From a virus (Duplodnaviria > Caudoviricetes), in IMG/VR virus record IMGVR_UViG_3300032334_000389, positions 1 to 58,656 of that record: a DNA stretch of 58,656 nt. One strand, given 5' to 3'. The notes under the pieces were generated by a model. That model saw only the letters and a program-made list of their open reading frames with translations, was not told where the DNA came from and did not search any database. This document shows positions 8,565 through 15,154 of this stretch, in pieces. The translations under genes and the position numbers were made by a program. How positions within the stretch are numbered: the first letter of the stretch is position 1; each line of letters begins with the position of its first letter.

Positions 8565-8720
8565 CTAGCATAACTTCCGAATTTCTTTTATATTTCTATA
8601 GTTTGGATTCGTGTTAAAGAATTTCTTCATCGCCTCGATACTATCGTTGGCTTCAATTTCTATTTCTTTTGTAAAGATATTGTCGTCAACTTCGCCCTGA
8701 TATTCGATTACATACTTCAT
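8565..8720 (-). CDS. Hypothetical protein (51 aa, MKYVIEYQGEVDDNIFTKEIEIEA...)
   Basis: Read manually; ATGA overlap with 8717..9058. Confidence 0.6.
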   Translation of the reverse strand: MKYVIEYQGEVDDNIFTKEIEIEANDSIEAMKKFFNTNPNYRNIKEIRKLC

Positions 8721-9058
8721 AGTTTAATGCTTTTAAAGTACTCCATATCGAATTTATATTCGTCACCATTGTAACTTGGATTGAAGGCTAAGACCTGCAT
8801 TTTGTCCGTCACTAGTGCAATGCTTTCCTGTGTCATAACTGAGGCGATGTTCTCAAAGTCCTGCAGTATCTTTGACTGCCTTGAGTACTTGTACTCCATA
8901 AGCCCCACAAATGTAGGCTCTACGTTTCCATTAAATTCCGCGTCGACTATTTGATAGGCCATAAGTCGATACTCTTTATTGCTTGCGATGTAGCTTATTA
9001 CACCTTCAGGTGTAAATAGGTTGTTGTTAAGTCCGATGTTTACTTGTAGTGTTCTCAT
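8717..9058 (-). CDS. Hypothetical protein (113 aa)
   Basis: ORF track; VNIGLNNN...EPTFV...QESIA. Confidence 0.75.
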   Translation of the reverse strand: MRTLQVNIGLNNNLFTPEGVISYIASNKEYRLMAYQIVDAEFNGNVEPTFVGLMEYKYSRQSKILQDFENIASVMTQESIALVTDKMQVLAFNPSYNGDEYKFDMEYFKSIKL

Positions 9059-9063
9059 TTTGT

Positions 9064-9222
9064 TTATTTATTAAATGTCCCCTCGTTTGTTGGGACGTGG
9101 TTATTAATTAGTTCTTTTAATCTTTCTAGGCTTTGCGCTTCTACATAGCCTTTACCTACATAGGCACGAAAGATAGTTCTAGTCGTGCCGTTAAATTCCT
9201 GCTCGTATGTTTCGTAGTTCAT
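9064..9222 (-). CDS. Hypothetical protein (52 aa, MNYETYEQEFNGTTRTIFRAYVGKGY...)
   Basis: Read manually; TAATG coupling. Confidence 0.55.
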   Translation of the reverse strand: MNYETYEQEFNGTTRTIFRAYVGKGYVEAQSLERLKELINNHVPTNEGTFNK

Positions 9223-9335
9223 TAGTTTATTGTTATAACGTTATTAATATCTAATATAACTAGTAACACGGCAAAGGCCATTACTGTAATGGTAAAATAA
9301 ATTTCACCTTCATTTCTTTTAATAAATGATTTCAT
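9222..9335 (-). CDS. Small single-pass membrane protein (37 aa, MKSFIKRNEGEIYFTITVMAFAVLLVIL...)
   Basis: Read manually. Confidence 0.55.
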   Translation of the reverse strand: MKSFIKRNEGEIYFTITVMAFAVLLVILDINNVITIN

Positions 9336-9336
9336 C

Positions 9337-9441
9337 TTAGTTAATGATTTTAGTTAATTCGATAATTGAAATAGTTGTTACGACTGTTAAGAGTATAAAT
9401 ACAAATATACTCTGCCCTGGATTTTGTTTTATTGCTTTCAT
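9337..9441 (-). CDS. Small single-pass membrane protein (34 aa, MKAIKQNPGQSIFVFILLTVVTTISII...)
   Basis: Read manually; ATGA coupling. Confidence 0.55.
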   Translation of the reverse strand: MKAIKQNPGQSIFVFILLTVVTTISIIELTKIIN

Positions 9442-9617
9442 TTTTTTTCTACTTTTAAAGTTATACAGTCCTGTTTATATATTAATACTTCATTTTTACT
9501 TTCTCCTACATTTGTACTATCAATAGGAGTAAAACCGTTTATTTTAATTAAGAATTCTAATTCTGATACTGAAATTTTATTCTCGTTAAAAATTTTTGCT
9601 ATTTGTTTTAAGTTCAT
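9438..9617 (-). CDS. Hypothetical protein (59 aa, MNLKQIAKIFNENK...), first gene downstream of the hammerhead
   Basis: Read manually; A-rich leader. Confidence 0.55.
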   Translation of the reverse strand: MNLKQIAKIFNENKISVSELEFLIKINGFTPIDSTNVGESKNEVLIYKQDCITLKVEKK

Positions 9618-9636
9618 TTTAATAAAGTTTTAAAGT

Positions 9637-9691
9637 TTACCGTTTCGTCCTTTTAGACTCGTCAGTCGAGGCACTCACCTCGAGACAGTAA
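9637..9691 (-). ncRNA. Type III hammerhead self-cleaving ribozyme
   Basis: UUACUGUC / stem I UCGAGG-UGAGUG-CCUCGA / CUGACGA / stem II GUCU-AAAA-GGAC / GAAA / CGGUAA; all core nucleotides and three stems present; GUC cleavage triplet ends at 9684. Confidence 0.93.
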
Positions 9692-9812
9692 CGACCTTAT
9701 AACTATGTAGTTTGTTAGTATCGTAGCTTCGCTTTTTACACTGAGTAGCCACACCCGCAGTTATCCTCTTGTCGAGTGTCAAATTAAAACTAGTTGTTTC
9801 GTTTTGACATTG

Positions 9813-9845
9813 CAAACATACGACAACAATACAATTCACTCCAAA
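9813..9845 (-). promoter_or_regulatory. Bacteroidota primary-sigma promoter for the leftward early operon
   Basis: TTTG (-33), 21-nt spacer, TATGTTTG (-7) on the minus strand. Confidence 0.8.
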
Positions 9846-10059
9846 TTTTTAACATAATTTTAACAGTATTATCGATGAACTACATAGTTTTACCGATTAA
9901 ATGCATAATCAATAAAGTATATTCTTACAATTATCTTTTGATATATTCTAACTTGTTGATAATTAGTAAGTTAAGATAAATGTATGTTTTGTATATATAG
10001 AACGCGTGCGCGCGTGTGTGTCGTGTGGGAAGTAATTGCCTATCGCTTTCTATCTTTCC

Positions 10060-10124
10060 ATAGATTTTATCTATCATAGATTATTTCTATAGGCCAATTG
10101 ATAAACCTTATAGTTACCTTTCAT
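10060..10124. repeat. Array of ATAG-N7-CTAT-like dyad boxes
   Basis: ATAGATTTTATCTAT (10060-10074), ATAGATTATTTCTAT (10076-10090), degenerate copies at 10097-10111 and 10110-10124. Confidence 0.55.
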
Positions 10125-10199
10125 CGTAAGAAAAACCTTAAGGCTTGGGGTTTATGTTGTGTCGATTAGTAACAATTCTATTTTACATAATAGCCGACA

Positions 10200-10226
10200 A
10201 CAAACGGTTACAAACGACTACAAACG
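10200..10226 (+). repeat. Three ACAAACG repeats at 10-bp periodicity
   Basis: Copies start at 10200, 10210 and 10220. Confidence 0.7.
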
Positions 10227-10441
10227 GGAGGCATAGGGACGTAAAATGTAGGCCGTCCTCCAGGAAGGCACCCGCCCAGGAAAAGCCAAAAACTTTGCAG
10301 GAAAATTCTGAAATTGGAACCCCCGTGTCGAAATTGAAGTCGCTTTCTTATAGCGATTCGGCGCGCAAATCCTATATATAACCCAAATACCCCACATTTC
10401 TACCCTATTTTTTTATCTCATCCCTTGCCACCAAAGGGCTG

Positions 10442-10481
10442 TGTCGATTTTTTAACTCTATGTCGATTTTGTGTCGATTTT
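10442..10481 (+). repeat. Three TGTCGATTTT direct repeats (iteron-like)
   Basis: Copies at 10442, 10461 and 10472; the same motif occurs at 8390 and inverted at 8539-8548. Confidence 0.8.
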
Positions 10482-10642
10482 AAAAAAGTTTGTCATAAGA
10501 TAACTTCTTGATTATTAATACTTTAACTATCTCTATGTTAGTATTCTGATTTTTTTCCTATTTCTACAGAAAAAAAAATAAAATATATATAAAAAATATA
10601 TATAAGAGAATAGGGAAGAAATTTTTGACATTTCTGACATAA
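10472..10642 (-). repeat. Long imperfect inverted repeat, copy B (partner 8379-8548)
   Basis: Same blocks as copy A in inverted orientation. Confidence 0.9.
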
Positions 10643-10684
10643 GCCTATTTTTAAATAGTATTAAATCCGTATATAAATTTATAC

Positions 10685-10692
10685 TATATTTG
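10685..10692 (+). promoter_or_regulatory. Bacteroidota -7 box upstream of the chaperonin operon
   Basis: TATATTTG(CA). Confidence 0.65.
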
Positions 10693-10718
10693 CATCATAA
10701 TAATCTAATTTATTTTAT

Positions 10719-10844
10719 ATGGAAATTACAATCACACCACACTATCTATTGTTTGGTTTATCCTGGTTCTTACCAGAAGAGGAGTACGACTACTCAGAAG
10801 TCAACATCTACATCTTATGTTTACACATTCAATTTACATTTTAA
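10719..10844 (+). CDS. Small hypothetical protein (41 aa, MEITITPHYLLFGLSWF...)
   Basis: Read manually; lies between the promoter and groEL. Confidence 0.55.
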   Translation: MEITITPHYLLFGLSWFLPEEEYDYSEVNIYILCLHIQFTF

Positions 10845-10847
10845 TCT

Positions 10848-12431
10848 ATGAACGACTTAGTATTTGACAAGGAAGGAAGAGACAAGCTGGTAAAAGGTAT
10901 AACTACAATCAGTAAGGCCGTAAAGAGCACGTTGGGACCAAGGGGTAAGACGGTGCTAATTGAATCACAGAACCACACGAACGGCATAACCATCACCAAG
11001 GACGGTGTCACGGTTGCTAAATCAATTAACCTAAAGGATCCAGTTGAGAACCTTGCGGTTAGAATGATGAAGGAGGCCGCTGACAGGACTGCTACTAGTG
11101 CTGGTGACGGAACAACCACAGCGATCGTGCTCACTGAGGCTATGGTCACAAGGGGTAACGAGTTCATCACGGATAGGAACAACGCGACAGAGGTGCTGCG
11201 TAACGTGAACACTGTAGTGGACGGTGTGGTGAAGAGCCTAGAGAAGGTGAGTAAGAAGGTGAGTGGTAAGACGCTGAAGGACGTTGCGTCTATATCAGCT
11301 AACAACGACAGGGAGCTGGGTGCTATTATTGCTGACGCGTATAACAATGTCGGTAAGGAGGGTATCGTTACGGTTGAGAACTCGCAAACGGACAAGACCT
11401 ACAGCGAGGTGACCAACGGGATCAAGATAGACAGGGGCTACACGAGCAGACTGTTCGTGAACGATATGAAGAAGGAGGAGTGCATAATGGAGGACGTGTA
11501 CATTATGGTGACGGACCAGGAGATAAGTAACATACTGTCGATTGAGAACGTGCTGAAGCCGATCATAAATGGACAGAAGAAGTTATTGATAATTGGACCG
11601 TGTACTGGCAACGTGATAAACACGCTGGCCGCGAACGTGGCTCATAATAACTTGAAGTTCTGTAACATTCAGCCACCACAGTTTGGGTACAAGCAGCAGG
11701 AGCTGATGCAAGACATCGCGCTTGCGGTTGGGGCGAAGTACTTCAGCGAGCAGACGGGTGACGATTTGAGTCTAATCTCTATAGACCACCTTGGTAAGGC
11801 GGACAGGGTGATCGTTGGAAGGGACAGCACAGTCTTGGTTCGAAGCGAGACCTCAAACGAGGCGATTAGAGAGCGCGTTGAGCAGCTGTGGATACAGCAC
11901 AACAACTCAACGAGAAAGAACGACAGGGACGCGTTAAAAGAACGTATAGCGTCACTTACAGGTGGTGTTGGAGTTATATATGTTGGAGGAGGATCGGACG
12001 TGGAGCAGAAGGAGCGCTACGACAGGGTTGATGACGCGGTCTGCGCGGTAAGGTCGGCGCTAGAGGAGGGTATACTTCCAGGTGGAGGTGTGGCGCTGTA
12101 TAATATTGCGTCTGATATCATAGCGTACGCGGACGATAATATGGAGCACATAAGCCACGACCAGTACACCGCGATGCAGATCGTAGGATGGGCGATACAG
12201 TCACCGCTGCTGCAGATAATGGACAACGCTGGTAAGGACGGTTACGAGATGATGTCAGACGTAAACACACCAGGACACGGATACGATGTGAAGAACGAGT
12301 GCTACGGTGATATGTTCGGGATGGGGATCATAGATCCGCTGAAGGTTACGAAGAACGCGCTGAAGAACGCGGTCAGTGTAGCCACAACGATACTAAGCAC
12401 GAACGCAATCATAACCTTAACACGAGCGTAA
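10848..12431 (+). CDS. groEL: Chaperonin GroEL (Cpn60)
   Basis: STLGPRG, TKDGVTVAK, AGDGTTTA, ALEEGILPGGG and GIIDPLKV motifs. Confidence 0.97.
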   Translation: MNDLVFDKEGRDKLVKGITTISKAVKSTLGPRGKTVLIESQNHTNGITITKDGVTVAKSINLKDPVENLAVRMMKEAADRTATSAGDGTTTAIVLTEAMVTRGNEFITDRNNATEVLRNVNTVVDGVVKSLEKVSKKVSGKTLKDVASISANNDRELGAIIADAYNNVGKEGIVTVENSQTDKTYSEVTNGIKIDRGYTSRLFVNDMKKEECIMEDVYIMVTDQEISNILSIENVLKPIINGQKKLLIIGPCTGNVINTLAANVAHNNLKFCNIQPPQFGYKQQELMQDIALAVGAKYFSEQTGDDLSLISIDHLGKADRVIVGRDSTVLVRSETSNEAIRERVEQLWIQHNNSTRKNDRDALKERIASLTGGVGVIYVGGGSDVEQKERYDRVDDAVCAVRSALEEGILPGGGVALYNIASDIIAYADDNMEHISHDQYTAMQIVGWAIQSPLLQIMDNAGKDGYEMMSDVNTPGHGYDVKNECYGDMFGMGIIDPLKVTKNALKNAVSVATTILSTNAIITLTRA

Positions 12432-12432
12432 T

Positions 12433-12690
12433 ATGAAGCCACTTGGGAAATATGTGATAATAAACCAGATCGATGAGCAGGTCAAGTCTGACATCGGTCT
12501 GATAATGTCTGGGAGTGACACGTCTAAGATGCGTTACAAGAAGGCTGAGATAGTAAAGAAGGGTACAGATGTCAATTCTATAAACGATGGGGACATCGTC
12601 TACTACGACAAGAACGCTGGCTACAGTATGATGATAGGCGACAAAACCTACACAGTCATAATGGAGAGGGACGTGATCGTTGTGATTTAA
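12433..12690 (+). CDS. groES: Co-chaperonin GroES (Cpn10)
   Basis: MKPLGKYVII, mobile-loop SDIGLIM, GDIVYYDK, IMERDVIVVI; directly follows groEL. Confidence 0.9.
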   Translation: MKPLGKYVIINQIDEQVKSDIGLIMSGSDTSKMRYKKAEIVKKGTDVNSINDGDIVYYDKNAGYSMMIGDKTYTVIMERDVIVVI

Positions 12691-12788
12691 TTTATAACAA
12701 CAGTACTTTGAACGCCTCTCGGCTATCAATGAAGCGCACCAGTCAAAGTCTTATCTCGGTAATATAGTAAGCCAAAACTATTTACAAC

Positions 12789-12818
12789 AAAACCACCTCG
12801 TGTACAGGGGTGGTTTTT
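12789..12818. terminator. Intrinsic, likely bidirectional terminator between groES and the convergent regulator gene
   Basis: AAAACCACCT...GGGGTGGTTTTT hairpin with A and T tracts. Confidence 0.75.
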
Positions 12819-13021
12819 ATTTGATATGTTTACCTCATCAGTGCGGCTAACATAACTTAATCCCTTTCTATTACTAGCATTATTTATTTGATGGTTATTT
12901 GATTTGCGGCGATTATCACCGCATTTTTTAATGTATAATAAATCCATCACTAACTAGTATATTATCTATTAATGTCCGTTATACTGCACAATATACAGCA
13001 TATTGTATATTATATAACACA

Positions 13022-13498
13022 TTAATACTGCTTAGCCTTCTGTATTGCCTCGTTCATCTCTAAGATCATCTTGCGGTAACCGCGCGCGATGTAACCAGCA
13101 TCCTTTCTAAAGATTGGGTTTTTAGTTGGATGGGTGGTAATACCCTCCTCACCGCTAAGCTTCTTGTACACAGCAGCCATAAGTCGCTTACCCTTGAACG
13201 ATAGCGTATATAGTGCCTTCTCGTTTCCATTCCTCTCGCGCCAGGGTACAATCCAGTCTCCCTCGACTAGCCTCTTAAACCTGTGGGTATCCCAGCTCAT
13301 AATTCTCTCAAACTTCTCAAAGTCGTGCTCCGAAAAGAGGTTCTCGGAATATAGGAATAGTAGCATCTCTAAATCTGGGTAGGATAATCCATAAGATTCT
13401 GATACCCAGTATCTTACAACACGCCAGTACTTAAGCCAGTCGTGTTTTGGCTCAACCCTTTGGTAGTTCTTAACGATTATTTTCTTTCTTAATTTCAT
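13022..13498 (-). CDS. Winged-helix (MarR-like) DNA-binding protein
   Basis: YGLSYPDLEMLLFLY...FKRLVEGDWIVPWRER...LYTLSFKGKRLM pattern. Confidence 0.65.
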   Translation of the reverse strand: MKLRKKIIVKNYQRVEPKHDWLKYWRVVRYWVSESYGLSYPDLEMLLFLYSENLFSEHDFEKFERIMSWDTHRFKRLVEGDWIVPWRERNGNEKALYTLSFKGKRLMAAVYKKLSGEEGITTHPTKNPIFRKDAGYIARGYRKMILEMNEAIQKAKQY

Positions 13499-13511
13499 TT
13501 TGATTTAATTA

Positions 13512-13529
13512 TTATCTTTGCAAAGATAA
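13512..13529. promoter_or_regulatory. Palindromic bidirectional promoter (TATCTTTG -7 box on both strands)
   Basis: TTATCTTTGCAAAGATAA is a perfect palindrome between divergent starts at 13498 and 13543. Confidence 0.75.
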
Positions 13530-13542
13530 AACATTTAATATT

Positions 13543-13680
13543 ATGCCACTAAAGAAAGGATCAAGCGCTAAAGTTATAAGCGCAAATATAAGAACCGAGA
13601 TGAAACACGGTAAGCCACAGAAGCAGGCGATAGCAATTGCATTATCTAAGGCAGGTAAAACAAAAACAAATAAAAAATAA
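13543..13680 (+). CDS. Small basic protein (45 aa, [39 protein letters not shown]...)
   Basis: Read manually; Lys-rich. Confidence 0.8.
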   Translation: MPLKKGSSAKVISANIRTEMKHGKPQKQAIAIALSKAGKTKTNKK

Positions 13681-13685
13681 ATATT

Positions 13686-13838
13686 ATGAAAGCAAAAGTA
13701 ACAAAGAAAGTAGTAGTTGAAAAAGGAACTGGAGAAAAGTATGCGTCTAAAGCAGCGATGATGAAACACGAAAAGGGTGAAGGAAAGAAGATGCAGATGA
13801 AGGAAAAAATGATGATGGCTAAAAAAATGAAGAAATAA
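13686..13838 (+). CDS. Small Lys/Met-rich protein (50 aa)
   Basis: Read manually; EKYASKAAMMKHEKGE. Confidence 0.75.
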   Translation: MKAKVTKKVVVEKGTGEKYASKAAMMKHEKGEGKKMQMKEKMMMAKKMKK

Positions 13839-14008
13839 TGAAAGCTAAAAAAGGAATGGGGTTTAAAGCTGCTGCTGAAAGCATAGCTAATAAACAAGGT
13901 ATTTCTATGGACAGAGCTTCTGCTATTTTAGCTGTTGGTGCAAGAAAAGCATCACCTGCTGCAAAGAAAGCAAATCCAAACTTGAAAAAAGTTATTAAGA
14001 AAAAATAA
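13838..14008 (+). CDS. Small Lys/Ala-rich protein (56 aa)
   Basis: Read manually; TAATG coupling on both sides. Confidence 0.8.
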   Translation: MKAKKGMGFKAAAESIANKQGISMDRASAILAVGARKASPAAKKANPNLKKVIKKK

Positions 14009-14286
14009 TGCCAGGTAGAACAGCCAAATACTATGCATCAAATCCAGAGGCTCGTAAGAAGCGCCTTGAGTATCAGAAGGAGTACAACAAGCAGGACCGT
14101 GAGGTTAAGAAGCGTGTTGAACTAAATGCTGAGAACCGCAAGCGTGGTACATATGGTAATGGTGACGGTAAGGACGTAGCTCATACCAAGTCAGGAACAA
14201 AATTACAGGCTGCTTCGGTAAATCGCGGTTCGCGATCTGCGATGCCTGGAGATAAAAGAGCAAGAGGAAATGGCAGACAAAAGTAA
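14008..14286 (+). CDS. Small basic protein with a degenerate HNH-like signature (92 aa)
   Basis: GDGKDVAH...NR pattern; Arg/Lys-rich. Confidence 0.7.
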   Translation: MPGRTAKYYASNPEARKKRLEYQKEYNKQDREVKKRVELNAENRKRGTYGNGDGKDVAHTKSGTKLQAASVNRGSRSAMPGDKRARGNGRQK

Positions 14287-14560
14287 GATGAAGTGTAATG
14301 TTCCTCAAAAGAGTGACAGGGCAGGAAAGAAGAGAATGGTTAAGGCTTGTGAGAATGGTCAAGAAAAACTTATTCACTACGGAGCGGTAGGATACGGAAA
14401 CAACTACTCTGACGCAGCTCGTAAGTCATTCAAGGCTAGACACAAGTGCGACACTGCTGACAGCAAGTTAACAGATAGACATTGGGCTTGTAAGGATTTA
14501 TGGGGAGGAAAGGGTGGAAACACAACGCCTAATCCTAAAAATAGACAAGGGAAGTACTAA
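14270..14560 (+). CDS. Small basic Cys/His protein (96 aa)
   Basis: ARKSFKARHKC...RHWACKDLW. Confidence 0.8.
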   Translation: MADKSKMKCNVPQKSDRAGKKRMVKACENGQEKLIHYGAVGYGNNYSDAARKSFKARHKCDTADSKLTDRHWACKDLWGGKGGNTTPNPKNRQGKY

Positions 14561-14895
14561 TGAAGGACGCGTGCTACAAAAAAGTTAAGTCTAGTTACGA
14601 TGTGTTCCCATCTGCAAGAGCATCTCAAGCTATAGCCAAGTGCAGAAAGGCTTCTGGTAATGTAAATAAGACAGAGGCAGGTAAGGATCTGAAGAGATGG
14701 GAGAGCGAGAAGTGGGTTGACACAAGAACAAATAAACCCTGTGGTGCAGGAGGAAAGAATGAGTACTGCAGACCAACTAAAAGAGTTTCAAGTGAGACTC
14801 CAAAGACAAAGTCTGAGTTAAGTTCGAGTCAACTTAAACAAAAGAAGGCAGAGAAATCAAAAGTAGGAATGGGTAAAAGAGTAACTAAGATATGA
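14560..14895 (+). CDS. Small basic protein (111 aa)
   Basis: DACYKKVK..FPSARAS..KCRK, LKRWESEKWVD, YCRPTKRVS..TPKT. Confidence 0.8.
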   Translation: MKDACYKKVKSSYDVFPSARASQAIAKCRKASGNVNKTEAGKDLKRWESEKWVDTRTNKPCGAGGKNEYCRPTKRVSSETPKTKSELSSSQLKQKKAEKSKVGMGKRVTKI

Positions 14896-15008
14896 AAAAA
14901 GGAACAGCTAGAGCAAAACAGTACGAGTCAAAGGCTTCACTTGATGGTAAGATGAAGTACCTAAAAGGAAATGTTGGTAAGGTAACTAAAAATAAGAAAC
15001 TATGTTAG
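14892..15008 (+). CDS. Small basic protein (38 aa)
   Basis: Read manually; ATGA overlap. Confidence 0.6.
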   Translation: MKKGTARAKQYESKASLDGKMKYLKGNVGKVTKNKKLC

Positions 15009-15154
15009 GAGACGACATCGAGAAAATCACAAAAATGACAGGGATTAAATCTCTTGTCGATAAGGCTACAAAGGGGAAATGTGGATGTGGAGCTAGAAAA
15101 GAAAAGCTAAACAACCCAGCACTAAAAATTAACAAAATACTATATAAAAAATGA
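15002..15154 (+). CDS. Small basic protein with CGC motif (50 aa, MLGDDIEKITKMTGIK...CGCGARKEKLN)
   Basis: Read manually; ATGA overlap with the next gene. Confidence 0.7.
   Translation: MLGDDIEKITKMTGIKSLVDKATKGKCGCGARKEKLNNPALKINKILYKK

Noticed and set aside
9344-10381. Plus-strand ORFs 9344..9526, 9424..9633, 9794..9979 and 10145..10381
   Set aside because: They are antisense shadows of the coupled minus-strand micro-genes, or lie over promoter and repeat DNA with atypical composition
10442-10481. CRISPR-like mini array
   Set aside because: Repeats are only 10 bp with 1-9 bp spacing and there are no cas genes
8379-10642. Transposon or IS bounded by terminal inverted repeats
   Set aside because: No transposase or recombinase inside or elsewhere, no target-site duplication seen, and the repeats are diverged blockwise
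10841-12226. Antisense ORFs within groEL (and similar ones within primase, terL, portal and the giant gene)
   Set aside because: Expected by-products of codon bias on the opposite strand; no independent start or motif evidence
12815-12850. Second hammerhead (minus-strand CUGAUGA followed by GGUA-AACA-UAUC stem)
   Set aside because: The stem is followed by AAAU rather than GAAA, and I could not form stems I and III with an NUH site
12726-12950. 74-aa minus-strand ORF
   Set aside because: It runs across terminator hairpins and has no recognisable protein features; probably spurious
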